Origin: an uncultured Planctomycetales bacterium
Lineage (GTDB): Bacteria; Omnitrophota; Gorgyraeia; Gygaellales; Profunditerraquicolaceae
Length of the DNA stretch: 52,495 nucleotides
Assembly (NCBI GenBank): GCA_964427405.1
Contig: CAYRUB010000011.1
Coordinates: 1 to 52,495, forward strand
Direction: 5' to 3'
Shown here: positions 7,616 to 16,857 of the stretch, piece after piece
Position numbering within the stretch: position 1 is the stretch's first letter
Layout of the letters: every line of letters begins with the position of its first letter
Program-made: the position numbers and the translations under genes
The notes under the pieces: generated by a model
Seen by the model: the letters and a program-made list of their open reading frames with translations, nothing else
What the model was told of the DNA's origin: nothing
The model's database searches: none

Positions 7616-8859
7616 TATATAGCCTCCCCTACTAAATCATACTCCAAAGTATCTGTTATTCTAACCTCTGTAAATTCACCTTTCTTCAGCAGGCGCTTGG
7701 CATTCACATAAACCAAACCGTCTACCTCCGGGGCATCCAGCTGGCTGCGCCCGATATATGCGCCATCTTGTCTTTCTTCAATAAGCACACGTACGCACTT
7801 ACCCAAAAACTTGGCATTTACAGCAGTAGCTATCACCTGCTGCGCGGCCATAATAGCATCAAACCTCTCCTGTTTTAGTTCTTGGGTAATTTGCCCCTTA
7901 AAACTATACGCAGGAGTATCTTCTTCCCGGGAATAAATAAAAGCTCCCAGCCTGTCAAATTTTACTTCCCTCATAAAACCCAACAGCTCCTCAAACTCCT
8001 TATCTGTCTCTGAAGGAAAACCTACGATAAGCGAGGTACGTAAACAAACTCCGGGAATAACCTTCCTGATCTTTTCAATTAAGGAAATTATTTCTTTTTT
8101 AGTAACCTTACGGTTCATCAGCTTTAGTATGCGGTTATTGATATGCTGTATAGGTAAATCAATGTATTTGCATACCTGCTCATGCGAACTGATTAATTCG
8201 AGTAGCTCATCGCTTATGCGTTCAGGATTTAAATATAAAAGACGTATCCATCCAATATCGGGGGCATTACGGATTATTTTACTTAAAATCCCGGTTAATT
8301 GGTTTTTACCGCATAAATCTAACCCAAAACCGGTAATATCCTGTCCGATAATATTAAGCTCGGAGATCTTCTGCCGGTTAAAATCTTTAACCTTCTGAAT
8401 AATTGTCTTCTCATCCAGGCTGACGAGCTTACCTTTAATCTTAGGAATAATACAATAGCTGCAATTATTTACACAACCTTCGCATATTTTTAAATAAGCA
8501 TAGTGCTTCGGGGTTAAGGCAAATCTTCTTGCCTCATGGTTAAGCTCAAGCGCTCCTACAAAGGCATCTACCTCCGGCAGCTCTTTATTTAAATCTTTGT
8601 AACGCTGCGCAAGGCACCCATAAACAATTATCTTCTTTAGCTTGCCCTTCTTTTTAAGCTCTATCAGCTCAAGTATGGCATCAACCGATTCCCGCCTTGC
8701 CTCTTCAATAAAGGCACAGGTATTTACCAGGGCCACTTCGGCTTCGGAGATATCATCAACTATAGAATAACCTTTGGAATTAAGCCTTCCGGCCAGACTT
8801 TCGGCGTCCACCAGATTCCTCGGACAGCCTAAGGTTAATATCCCCAGCTTTTGTTTCAT
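7615..8859 (-). CDS. rimO: ribosomal protein S12 methylthiotransferase RimO (radical SAM MTTase with TRAM domain)
   Basis: It has the N-terminal LGCPRNLVDAE motif, the radical SAM motif CEGCVNNCSYC, and a C-terminal TRAM-like segment. Its length of 414 aa fits RimO better than MiaB. Confidence 0.8.
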   Translation of the reverse strand: MKQKLGILTLGCPRNLVDAESLAGRLNSKGYSIVDDISEAEVALVNTCAFIEEARRESVDAILELIELKKKGKLKKIIVYGCLAQRYKDLNKELPEVDAFVGALELNHEARRFALTPKHYAYLKICEGCVNNCSYCIIPKIKGKLVSLDEKTIIQKVKDFNRQKISELNIIGQDITGFGLDLCGKNQLTGILSKIIRNAPDIGWIRLLYLNPERISDELLELISSHEQVCKYIDLPIQHINNRILKLMNRKVTKKEIISLIEKIRKVIPGVCLRTSLIVGFPSETDKEFEELLGFMREVKFDRLGAFIYSREEDTPAYSFKGQITQELKQERFDAIMAAQQVIATAVNAKFLGKCVRVLIEERQDGAYIGRSQLDAPEVDGLVYVNAKRLLKKGEFTEVRITDTLEYDLVGEAI

Positions 8860-9689
8860 CGGGCGATCTTCAAGCCTTCTTTATTGATAATTATATTCTT
8901 TAAAGACTGCCCCCGCCGTCCAAGCTTGGTAAAACGCTGGTCATTAACCTGTAATTCTACCGCCCCGGCATCTCCAAGGGATAATTCAATCTTTTCCTTG
9001 GCCTGCCAGGTTTCAGATCTACCGCGCGCAAGCACACCGTGAAAAACAACTTTGCCATCCACCTTGGCAGAGACCCATGATTTATCACGGGCGAATATAC
9101 CAAGCATAAAACCTTGCGGCAACTCCTTCTGCGCCTTGGCCTGTTTGGGGATATTTTTTGCTGAAGATTTATTTATTGCTTCTTTAGGCAAGAGTTCACG
9201 CTTAACCTTGGCCTTGGGGATGGGTATAAAAATCCTGGCTTTAGCTGATGCGTTCTTGTGCCAGGAAGAAATAATCCTAATCAGCTTAGCCGCTAAAAAT
9301 ATAAAAATTACCGCGATTACCGCAAATACGATTATTTTCTTAAATCCGTCCGAAGGCTTGATCGCGCTTAACTTAACGGAAAATTCTTTTGCCAAAGTAG
9401 GTTTTTTTTCAACGCGCTCTCCTATATCCCTACCGACGGCAGCATTTAATACCGGTTTATGGGTCTGGCTAGTCTCACCCAAATACTCCTTAAGGTCGAG
9501 CCCGAGGCAATTACAATAAATCTTGATAAAACCCTTAAGATAGATCGGGCTTAAATCCGAAATGCTATCACCTTCAATCGCGCGTAAAACATTAAGATGA
9601 ACCTTAGTCTTCTTCTGAATATCCTCAAGGCTCAATCCTCTTTCCTGACGGATTTTCTTTAGCCGGGCACCGGCTGTTTCAATGTTCAT
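8856..9689 (-). CDS. rodZ: RodZ-like cytoskeleton protein (XRE-type HTH, one TM helix, DUF4115-like C-terminus)
   Basis: The sequence begins MNIETAGARLKKIRQERGLSLEDIQKKTKVHLNVLRAIE, has a TM segment IIVFAVIAVIFIFLAAKLI, and ends with a beta-rich domain. I placed the start at the ATG at 9689, preceded by GGAG. The longer TTG-initiated ORF to 9776 was rejected. Confidence 0.7.
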   Translation of the reverse strand: MNIETAGARLKKIRQERGLSLEDIQKKTKVHLNVLRAIEGDSISDLSPIYLKGFIKIYCNCLGLDLKEYLGETSQTHKPVLNAAVGRDIGERVEKKPTLAKEFSVKLSAIKPSDGFKKIIVFAVIAVIFIFLAAKLIRIISSWHKNASAKARIFIPIPKAKVKRELLPKEAINKSSAKNIPKQAKAQKELPQGFMLGIFARDKSWVSAKVDGKVVFHGVLARGRSETWQAKEKIELSLGDAGAVELQVNDQRFTKLGRRGQSLKNIIINKEGLKIAR

Positions 9690-9823
9690 GGTTTTTCTAT
9701 CTCCTTGCCCACAAAGGGCACACCGGCCACTACCTTTAAGGCTGGGTGTTAGCCCACAAAGGGCACACCCGCACAATTGCGCTACCTAGCGCACACCGAC
9801 GCAATACCTATTAGCGTCGGGTG

Positions 9824-12001
9824 TCAGCGCGGGGCATTACCACTTGTCAAATCATTAAGCCATTGCTGACGGTCAACTAAAATCCTGCGCGGTTTACTAC
9901 CCTCATATGGGCCGACTAAGCCCTCTAACTCCATAATATCTATAATGCGTGCGGCACGCGTATAACCTAAACGCATGCGCCTCTGTAATATGGAAACCGA
10001 AGCCTGGTTGCTTTCCATTATCACACGCACCGCCTCATCATAAAGCTCATCCTTCTCACCACCCCCGGCTAAGCTGTTTTTTTGCTGTTCCTTAAGGATC
10101 TGGTCATCATAAGCCGGTTCGCCTTGCGCCTTAATAAACCCTACCACCCTTTCAATCTCTTCATCTTTGACCAAGGCCCCCTGAATACGAATAAGGTCTT
10201 CTTTACCGGGCTGCAGAAATAACATATCCCCCTTGCCTAACAAAGTCTCCGCGCCGTTCATATCCAAGACTGTGCGCGAATCAACTTTGGAAGCAACCTT
10301 AAAAGATATACGCGCCGGTAAATTTGCTTTAATTACCCCGGTAATTACATCAACACTTGGCCGCTGCGTAGCCAAAATCAGGTGTATCCCTACCGCACGC
10401 GACAACTGCGCCAGACGGGTAATCGCATTTTCAATCTGATCACGCGCCACAGTCATTAAATCCGCAAATTCATCTACAATAACAACAATGTAAGGAATTT
10501 TTTCCTGTTTCTCATTGTAAGCTTCGATATTCCTCACTCCAACCTTAGCCAAAAGTTTATAACGATCCTCCATTTGCCCTACTACCCAATTAAGCGCAAC
10601 CGCCGCCTTCTTGGCATCGGTAACCACCGGGCATAAAAGATGCGGCAGGCCGTTAAAAGGCATAAGCTCAACCATTTTTGGATCGATCATTAAAAACTTC
10701 AACTCATTAGGTGAGCCCCTAAAAAGCAAGGATAAAATACAGGTATTCACGCATACGGTTTTTCCTGAACCGGTAGTCCCGGCAATCAAAAGATGCGGCA
10801 TATCATCCAAGTCACCAAACACGGATCTTCCCGTAATGTCTTTGCCTAAAGCCAAAGCCAAAGACGATTTCTGTTTATGATATTCCGCTGAAGTAAGTAA
10901 ATCTTTAATACAAACTAAAGCACTATGCAAATTAGGGACTTCTACCCCAACCCGCCCCTTTCCCGGGATAGGCGCGATAATCCTTACTGACTGGGCCTTA
11001 ATTGCCAAAGCAATATCATCACTTAAAGCCTCAATACGGTTAATCTTTACTCCCGGGGCAGGCTCAAGTTCATAGCGTGTGATTACCGGCCCACGGATAA
11101 TATCCGTAACCTTGGCCATAATTCCAAAATCTGTTAAAGTATCCTCCAGGATCCTGGCGCTGGCCTCAAGGTCCTCTTTCATTTGTTTGGTATCCGGCAC
11201 AGGCGCCTCATCCAGCAAATCTACGGAAGGCAAATGATAATCGCCAATCTTTAATTCTTTGGCCTTCACCTTTACTTCCTCAGTCTGAGGTTTAGCCTTA
11301 ATCTGAATCTTCGGCCTGCTGGCCTCAGGCATAAATATTTTAGGTTTAGAAGACGTAGCCTGCTGCTCTTCTTTCTTAAACGCAAGGTTACTCTTGTTCA
11401 AAATACTTTGCTTAACCTTAACCAAAGTAGCCTTTTGTTTACTAGAAAGACTGAGCACCCTCGAGAAAAAAGATTTTGATTTTTCAAGTGTATTTAAGAA
11501 AAGCGAGGAAATAAGGATTTCCGTAACCAGAGCCAGGGAAAGAATAACAAAGGTAAGAAAAATAATGAAACCGCCTAAGCGGCTGAAATATGCGGTTACA
11601 AAATTAGAAGTAAGCGCGCCTAAAAAACCCGCAGTATGGAAGCGGAGTAAATCATTGCTCAAATTAAACATACCGATAAGCGAACTTAAGGAGACAAGCA
11701 AAACAAACATACCCATAATGCGCGGGATGCTCAGATAAGGCTTATCCTGGCGGAAGAATTTTACCCCCAGAGTGATGACTAAAAGAGGGATAATAAAACT
11801 TGAAATATTCCCGAATAGGAATACAAGAAACCCGCCTAAATAGGCGCCGAAAACTCCCAGTAGGTTTTTAGGGGGGAAATTTGGATGCGAAGTAAAAAAA
11901 ACAAGGTCAGAGCGATCAAAGCGGAGTAGGCTAGCCAAAACCATCAGCCCAACCGCTACTAAAATAACGCCTTTGACCTCATTTAATCTTCTTTCTCTCA
12001 C
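9824..12001 (-). CDS. ftsK: DNA translocase FtsK/SpoIIIE
   Basis: It has N-terminal TM helices, a linker, a motor domain with Walker A GTTGSGKTV, and a C-terminal gamma (winged-helix) domain ..SVSILQRRMRLGYTRAARIID... The start codon is GTG at 12001. Confidence 0.9.
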   Translation of the reverse strand: MRERRLNEVKGVILVAVGLMVLASLLRFDRSDLVFFTSHPNFPPKNLLGVFGAYLGGFLVFLFGNISSFIIPLLVITLGVKFFRQDKPYLSIPRIMGMFVLLVSLSSLIGMFNLSNDLLRFHTAGFLGALTSNFVTAYFSRLGGFIIFLTFVILSLALVTEILISSLFLNTLEKSKSFFSRVLSLSSKQKATLVKVKQSILNKSNLAFKKEEQQATSSKPKIFMPEASRPKIQIKAKPQTEEVKVKAKELKIGDYHLPSVDLLDEAPVPDTKQMKEDLEASARILEDTLTDFGIMAKVTDIIRGPVITRYELEPAPGVKINRIEALSDDIALAIKAQSVRIIAPIPGKGRVGVEVPNLHSALVCIKDLLTSAEYHKQKSSLALALGKDITGRSVFGDLDDMPHLLIAGTTGSGKTVCVNTCILSLLFRGSPNELKFLMIDPKMVELMPFNGLPHLLCPVVTDAKKAAVALNWVVGQMEDRYKLLAKVGVRNIEAYNEKQEKIPYIVVIVDEFADLMTVARDQIENAITRLAQLSRAVGIHLILATQRPSVDVITGVIKANLPARISFKVASKVDSRTVLDMNGAETLLGKGDMLFLQPGKEDLIRIQGALVKDEEIERVVGFIKAQGEPAYDDQILKEQQKNSLAGGGEKDELYDEAVRVIMESNQASVSILQRRMRLGYTRAARIIDIMELEGLVGPYEGSKPRRILVDRQQWLNDLTSGNAPR

Positions 12002-12008
12002 TTCTAAA

Positions 12009-14090
12009 TTAACTGCTTTGCTCAGCCTGCTTTTTGCTTAAATTAATCCGGCCCAGCTCATCAACACCAATAACCTTGACTTTAAATTCATCACCAACTT
12101 TTACTATATCCTCAACCTTTTTCACAAAAGTGCTTGATAACTCAGAAACATGCACCAGCCCTTCTTTACGCGGGGCGATCTCTACAAATACACCAAACTG
12201 CATAATACGTTTTACCTTGCCAAAGTAAATCCGGCCAACTTCTACATCATCAGTAATCGCCCTGATCATTTTTATCGCCGCATCAGATTTACTTACGTCG
12301 GTTGAACCAACTAAAACCGTACCATCATCTTTTATATCAATACTGGCGCCTGTAGCGGCAATTATAGCCTTAATGTTTTTGCCTCCCGGGCCGATAAGTT
12401 CGCCGATCTTTTCGGTATTAATCTTTAAAACATCAATGCGCGGCGCAAAGCTGGAAAGCTCTTCTCTTGGGCTGTTTAACGCAGTGCTCATTTTATCCAA
12501 GATAAAGAATCTTGCCTCCTTGGACTGCGCAAGGCAATCCTTAAGCAGCTCCAAGGTAATCCCGTCAATTTTAAGGTCCAGCTGCACAGCAGTAACCCCC
12601 TGGCGTGTCCCGGCAACCTTAAAATCCATATCGCCAAAATGATCCTCTAATCCGGCTATATCCGTCAGGATCGCCGTTTTATTACCTTCTTTAACTAAAC
12701 CTAAAGCCACCCCACCTACGGCTTCTTTAATCGGTACGCCTGCATCCATTAACGATAAGGTAGCGGCACACACAGAAGCCATACTGCTTGAACCATTGGA
12801 CTCCAAGATTTCGGAAACGACTCTTACTGTATAAGGGAACTTTTCTTTTGACGGCAATACCGCAAGTAAAGACTTTTCTGCTAAAGCACCGTGGCCGATC
12901 TCGCGCCTACCGGGGCCGCGTATAGGCCTTGTTTCACCAACGCTAAAAGAAGGAAAATTATAATGTAACATAAAAGATTTCTTTTTCTCCCCCTCTAATG
13001 ACTCAATCAACTGCTCGTCATCACCCGTACCTAAAGTAGTTATGGCTAAACTCTGAGTCTGCCCGCGGGTAAAAAGGCTTGAGCCATGTGTACGCGGGAG
13101 CACAGACACTTCGCAGCTGATCGGACGAATCTCTTTAAAAGAACGGCCGTCAATACGAATATTCTCATCAATAACCATCTTGCGCACCTGCTTCTTCTCT
13201 ACTTCATGCAAGCCCGTATGAATATCCTCCGCAAGAAACCCTTCAGTGGTTAACTGCGACTCTAATTCCTTGGTCAATAAGGCAACTGCTTCTTCACGCT
13301 CTTCTTTTTTGCTCAGTTTATATACCTTATTTAATTTTTCCCGGGAAAGTGATTCAATCTTCTGCATTAAAACCGGATCAATCAATTTAAGTTCAACCTT
13401 CGCCTTTTCCGCGCCATAAAGGCGGCAGAATTCTTCTTGCATGCTGATTATAGGCCTTAAGTTCTCCATCCCAAACTTTACCGCCTCAAGGTACACCTCT
13501 TCAGAGACCTCTTTGGCTTTTGACTCAAGCATCACTACACCGCTGCTATTTCCGGCCACTACTACTTCCAGGTCCGCGTTCTCAAGCTCGGCATAAGTGG
13601 GATTTAAAACAAACTCGTTATTTATTCTGGCTACCCGGCAGCTGGCTAAAGGGCCCTTGAAAGGAATATCTGAAATAGATAAAGCCGCACTTGCCCCAAT
13701 CAAAGCCAGGACATTCGGGTCATTCTCGCCATCGCTTGAAAGGACTATAGCCATAACCTGGACTTCATTTAAAAATCCTTCAGGAAATAAAGGACGTATA
13801 GGACGATCAATAAGACGAGAACCTAAAATCTCATTTTCCGAAGGCCTGCCCTCGCGCTTAAAAAATCCTCCGGGGAACCTACCGGCGGCATAAGTTTTTT
13901 CCTGATATTCTACGGTCAGAGGGAAAAAATCCTGGCCTTCTTTTATACCTTTAGACATACAGGCGGTAACTAAAATCACGGTTGCCCCATAAGTAACGGT
14001 AACCGAGCCGTTGGCCTGCTTAGCTATTTTACCGGTTTCCAGAATTAGGTCATGCTTACCAAATTTAATTTTCAAGCTTTTATTTTGCAT
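12009..14090 (-). CDS. pnp: polyribonucleotide nucleotidyltransferase (PNPase)
   Basis: The 693-aa protein has two RNase PH domains, then KH (..IGPGGKNIK..) and S1 (..GKVKRIMQFGVFVEI..) domains. It lies downstream of rpsO. Confidence 0.95.
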   Translation of the reverse strand: MQNKSLKIKFGKHDLILETGKIAKQANGSVTVTYGATVILVTACMSKGIKEGQDFFPLTVEYQEKTYAAGRFPGGFFKREGRPSENEILGSRLIDRPIRPLFPEGFLNEVQVMAIVLSSDGENDPNVLALIGASAALSISDIPFKGPLASCRVARINNEFVLNPTYAELENADLEVVVAGNSSGVVMLESKAKEVSEEVYLEAVKFGMENLRPIISMQEEFCRLYGAEKAKVELKLIDPVLMQKIESLSREKLNKVYKLSKKEEREEAVALLTKELESQLTTEGFLAEDIHTGLHEVEKKQVRKMVIDENIRIDGRSFKEIRPISCEVSVLPRTHGSSLFTRGQTQSLAITTLGTGDDEQLIESLEGEKKKSFMLHYNFPSFSVGETRPIRGPGRREIGHGALAEKSLLAVLPSKEKFPYTVRVVSEILESNGSSSMASVCAATLSLMDAGVPIKEAVGGVALGLVKEGNKTAILTDIAGLEDHFGDMDFKVAGTRQGVTAVQLDLKIDGITLELLKDCLAQSKEARFFILDKMSTALNSPREELSSFAPRIDVLKINTEKIGELIGPGGKNIKAIIAATGASIDIKDDGTVLVGSTDVSKSDAAIKMIRAITDDVEVGRIYFGKVKRIMQFGVFVEIAPRKEGLVHVSELSSTFVKKVEDIVKVGDEFKVKVIGVDELGRINLSKKQAEQSS

Positions 14091-14134
14091 TATTCGACTC
14101 TTTCTTTATTTAATAGGTGAAATATTTTGGGGCC

Positions 14135-14404
14135 TTACTTTCTCAGGGTAAGTTTTCCCAGGACCTCTTCGTACTTCTTTACATCCTTGTCCTTGAGATA
14201 TTTGAGGAGTTTGCGGCGCCTACTTACTAGTATCAATAGTCCATGGCGAGAATGTAAATCCTTCTTATGTGATTTAAAGTGATCCCCTAAATCATTAATC
14301 CTCTCGGTTAAAATAGCTATCTGAACCTCGGCAGAACCGGTATCCCTGGAATGCATCTTAAAATCATTAATCAATTTTGCTTTCTTTTCCTTTACCAAAA
14401 CCAA
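14135..14404 (-). CDS. rpsO: 30S ribosomal protein S15
   Basis: The sequence ..[37 protein letters not shown].. is S15. It uses a TTG start, with GGGAGGG 7 nt upstream. Confidence 0.95.
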   Translation of the reverse strand: MVLVKEKKAKLINDFKMHSRDTGSAEVQIAILTERINDLGDHFKSHKKDLHSRHGLLILVSRRRKLLKYLKDKDVKKYEEVLGKLTLRK

Positions 14405-14433
14405 TTTTCTTCCCTCCCTTTCTAATTCGCAAT

Positions 14434-14462
14434 ATTATACGATAACTCACCCAGCAAGTCAA
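14434..14462 (-). promoter_or_regulatory. sigma70-type promoter of rpsO-pnp
   Basis: On the minus strand, TTGACT (14462..14457) is followed by a 17-nt spacer and TATAAT (14439..14434). Confidence 0.55.
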
Positions 14463-14478
14463 TGGATTTAATCAAAGG

Positions 14479-14604
14479 CTACTTCTTTTTCAATAGCTCA
14501 ATTATCTTATCCAGCTTTTGGAGCACTAAAACGCTAAAACATACCAGCCAAATCGTTAAAACCAATGAAATCAAGCCGCTCATAAAACTTACACCATACT
14601 CCAT
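14479..14604 (-). CDS. candidate 41-aa hydrophobic peptide (not in the ORF track because it is shorter than 60 aa)
   Basis: My own translation gives MEYGVSFMSGLISLVLTIWLVCFSVLVLQKLDKIIELLKKK, one TM helix plus a Lys-rich tail. GGGAGAG lies just upstream of the ATG, and it has its own promoter-like element (next feature). Confidence 0.35.
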   Translation of the reverse strand: MEYGVSFMSGLISLVLTIWLVCFSVLVLQKLDKIIELLKKK

Positions 14605-14618
14605 ATTCTCTCCCTTGA

Positions 14619-14640
14619 CTGCCAACCGGCAGTTTTTTTT
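14619..14640 (+). terminator. intrinsic terminator oriented on the PLUS strand
   Basis: CTGCC-aacc-GGCAG is followed by eight T residues on the plus strand. On the minus strand the hairpin is followed by TCAAGGG with no U-tract. No convincing plus-strand gene ends here. Confidence 0.5.
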
Positions 14641-14649
14641 ATTTTGAAT

Positions 14650-14677
14650 ATTGTATCATAAGAATATAGTTATGCAA
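14650..14677 (-). promoter_or_regulatory. sigma70-type promoter upstream of the 41-aa ORF
   Basis: On the minus strand, TTGCAT (14677..14672) is followed by a 16-nt spacer and TGATACAAT, an extended -10 with hexamer at 14655..14650. The -35 overlaps the arfB stop codon. Confidence 0.45.
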
Positions 14678-15083
14678 TCTCAATTTCGCGGATTTTTCTA
14701 CGCGTAGACTTCTTCTCTGAATGCTTGCGCTTATGTTCAAGGATCCTTAGTTTTATTCTTTTCGGTTTCTTGCGCGTCTGGCGCATAATCTTGGCCTTAA
14801 GTGATTGCTTTTGCAAAAGATCATGTTTAATTCTATTTTCAATCTTGCTTAAAAGGATATGCCTGGCCAGATTACGGTTAAGCAGCTGATAACGCTGGCG
14901 TTGGCATTTTACCTCCAGGCCCGTAGGCAGATGTTTCAAATATACACAAGTAGCGGTTTTATTAACATTCTGGCCGCCGGGTCCGCTTGAACGGATAAAA
15001 CTCTCTACAATATCTTCTTCGCGCACCCCCAAAACAAACATCTTTTTCTCTAAGGCCGTCATTTCCTTAGCAATAGTTGCCAT
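14670..15083 (-). CDS. arfB: alternative ribosome-rescue factor ArfB (peptidyl-tRNA hydrolase, RF-1 domain)
   Basis: The 137-aa protein has the GGQ motif (SSGPGGQNVNKTATCV) and a long basic C-terminal tail (..RKKPKRIKLRILEHKRKHSEKKSTRRK..). Confidence 0.85.
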   Translation of the reverse strand: MATIAKEMTALEKKMFVLGVREEDIVESFIRSSGPGGQNVNKTATCVYLKHLPTGLEVKCQRQRYQLLNRNLARHILLSKIENRIKHDLLQKQSLKAKIMRQTRKKPKRIKLRILEHKRKHSEKKSTRRKIREIEIA

Positions 15084-15112
15084 AGAGACTACTCCTCCCC
15101 TTTATTTAACCA

Positions 15113-15769
15113 TCAAGCAATCATCTCAGCATCAATCTTCTTAATTAAGGCGTCCAGCTCTTTAATTAAAGGCATAGGAAGCATTTTCAAAACCTCTACT
15201 TCCTGCTTCAACATACGCAGCTGCCCCACTAGCCTCCTAACAATAGCCAGTTTTCTTTTTTCCTGAGCCTCTTGCGGATCCAACTCCTGACGCTGCCTGA
15301 TAATTACCCCTAGATTCTTCTTTAGCTCCTGGGCGTCCCTGCCTTTTTCAAAAATTTCTTTTTTAAGATTATTATAATCATGCTCATCTAATACTTTTTT
15401 ATTTTTTGCCTGGCGCAGGATATCCACTGACTCATAACTGGGAATATTTGCGGCCTGGCTTGCATCAGCGTAATCATTCTTCAAATATTGCGGCTCTTCT
15501 TTTTCCAAAAAGTAATACGACTTAAGCAACTTCATTGCCGTCTGTTTACGTATGCCTATCTCGCGGCTGACATAAACATCAAAATTTACATAGCCCCACT
15601 CCTTGTACATCTTATCTTTCCAAACGGAGTAAAGAGAACGGCCCAGTTCAATCCATGAACGCTTAAAGTTCTTAGCACTCTCTAAAATATGGTAGCGCAA
15701 AGAACCGCTATCCAAATTTTCCATTTTTTCCTCAATACTCCTCAATGATTTAGTTTTTGCTTCATCCAT
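15113..15769 (-). CDS. hypothetical protein (218 aa, helical and charged)
   Basis: It is a long ORF with GGGGAGGAG upstream. I recognise no motif. The coiled-coil-like C-terminal half is rich in E/K/Q. Confidence 0.6.
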   Translation of the reverse strand: MDEAKTKSLRSIEEKMENLDSGSLRYHILESAKNFKRSWIELGRSLYSVWKDKMYKEWGYVNFDVYVSREIGIRKQTAMKLLKSYYFLEKEEPQYLKNDYADASQAANIPSYESVDILRQAKNKKVLDEHDYNNLKKEIFEKGRDAQELKKNLGVIIRQRQELDPQEAQEKRKLAIVRRLVGQLRMLKQEVEVLKMLPMPLIKELDALIKKIDAEMIA

Positions 15770-15778
15770 TACTTTATC

Positions 15779-16843
15779 CTACTTTCCAAATATCTCCTTT
15801 AGCCCTTTACCATAACCCTTAAACTTATCTATTATATTATTTACTTTGTCAGCAATTTGTTCCGGCGACTGGTTGCTAAGGTTCTTCATCGCCGCTTTCA
15901 AGATTATACTTTTTAACTTATCCTGGCTTAAGGCCGGGTTATCCAGCTTGGTATCAATATCAAAAACTAAATGCAAATTGCCTTTGCTATCAGTAAACAG
16001 ATCCAAGGCATTTTTCGTTAAATCCAGACTCATCTCCTGCTCCTGGCTTTCCTCGTAAACAAGATTGGAAAGATTAAAATCCGTATTAATATTCAAGGCG
16101 TTATTCTTAGCCTTAAAAGTTGAACCAAGATTAAGTTTTGCTGACAGGAGTTTTTTATTTGAGATAAAATTTCCATAGTAAGGAGAAAAATTAGTTACAT
16201 CCAAGTCTTTAATTTCTAATTTGGCATCCATATCTTTAGCCAAATAATCCAGCCATCCGGAAAAAACAATATCGCCAAAAGCCTTACCCGCGGAGTTTGT
16301 CAGCTGGCAGCTCAGGCTAAAATTTGTCGCCAGCGATGTCATGGGAAGAGAAACCTTAGCAACGCTTATGTTTAATTTATTAACAATCACCTGATAACCT
16401 GCGGCGCTTACTTTCTTATCCGTAAAAATTATTTTTGCATCCCGTATTTTAAGGCTAGTTGGATAAATTTCCGGAGGCTTTCCGCCCTTCTGCTCTAAAA
16501 CCGGTAGGTTTAATTTTCCATCCGCAGACTGCTCAAGGTTGATAATTGGCTCGAGTATAGTTAAACCATGAATAACTACTTTGCCAAATAATAAAGCGAT
16601 TAAATTCGGCGAAAAAGATATTTTCTTTATATTCGCCAGGCTCCCGATCTCTAAGCTCTCAAGTGTAATAGTAAAAGGAGGGGTTATGCTTATTTTGCCC
16701 AGGCTGGCTTTAACTTTCAGATTCTGCCGGATTTGTTCTTCAACAATCTTGGGCGCATAAAGGCCGAATAAAATACTGGCAACAACAAAGATAACCAGGA
16801 ATATGACAACAATTATAAATAAAACTTTAAATATTTTCTGCAT
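15779..16843 (-). CDS. N-terminally membrane-anchored AsmA-like / DUF748-like protein
   Basis: A single N-terminal TM helix (VLFIIVVIFLVIFVVASILFGL) is followed by a beta-rich repetitive domain. The family assignment is from general resemblance only. Confidence 0.55.
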   Translation of the reverse strand: MQKIFKVLFIIVVIFLVIFVVASILFGLYAPKIVEEQIRQNLKVKASLGKISITPPFTITLESLEIGSLANIKKISFSPNLIALLFGKVVIHGLTILEPIINLEQSADGKLNLPVLEQKGGKPPEIYPTSLKIRDAKIIFTDKKVSAAGYQVIVNKLNISVAKVSLPMTSLATNFSLSCQLTNSAGKAFGDIVFSGWLDYLAKDMDAKLEIKDLDVTNFSPYYGNFISNKKLLSAKLNLGSTFKAKNNALNINTDFNLSNLVYEESQEQEMSLDLTKNALDLFTDSKGNLHLVFDIDTKLDNPALSQDKLKSIILKAAMKNLSNQSPEQIADKVNNIIDKFKGYGKGLKEIFGK

Positions 16844-16857
16844 ATGCCTGCCCCCTT

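Noticed and set aside
9690-9776. A Cys-rich N-terminal extension of the rodZ-like ORF (MCGCALCGLTPSLKGSGRCALCGQGDRKT) starts from a TTG.
   Set aside because: It has no SD before the TTG, while GGAG sits right before the ATG at 9689. The C-x2-C pairs arise from two perfectly identical 18-nt DNA repeats, which looks like non-coding repeat structure. I kept it as an alternative hypothesis in the findings.
14462-14647. A 61-aa plus-strand ORF (MDLIKGYFFFNSSIILSSFW...) ends at the plus-strand terminator.
   Set aside because: It has no SD and a low-complexity, non-protein-like sequence, and the terminator hairpin lies inside its 3' end. The opposite-strand 41-aa ORF has an SD, a promoter and a clean TM topology. 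The region may still produce a non-coding plus-strand RNA.
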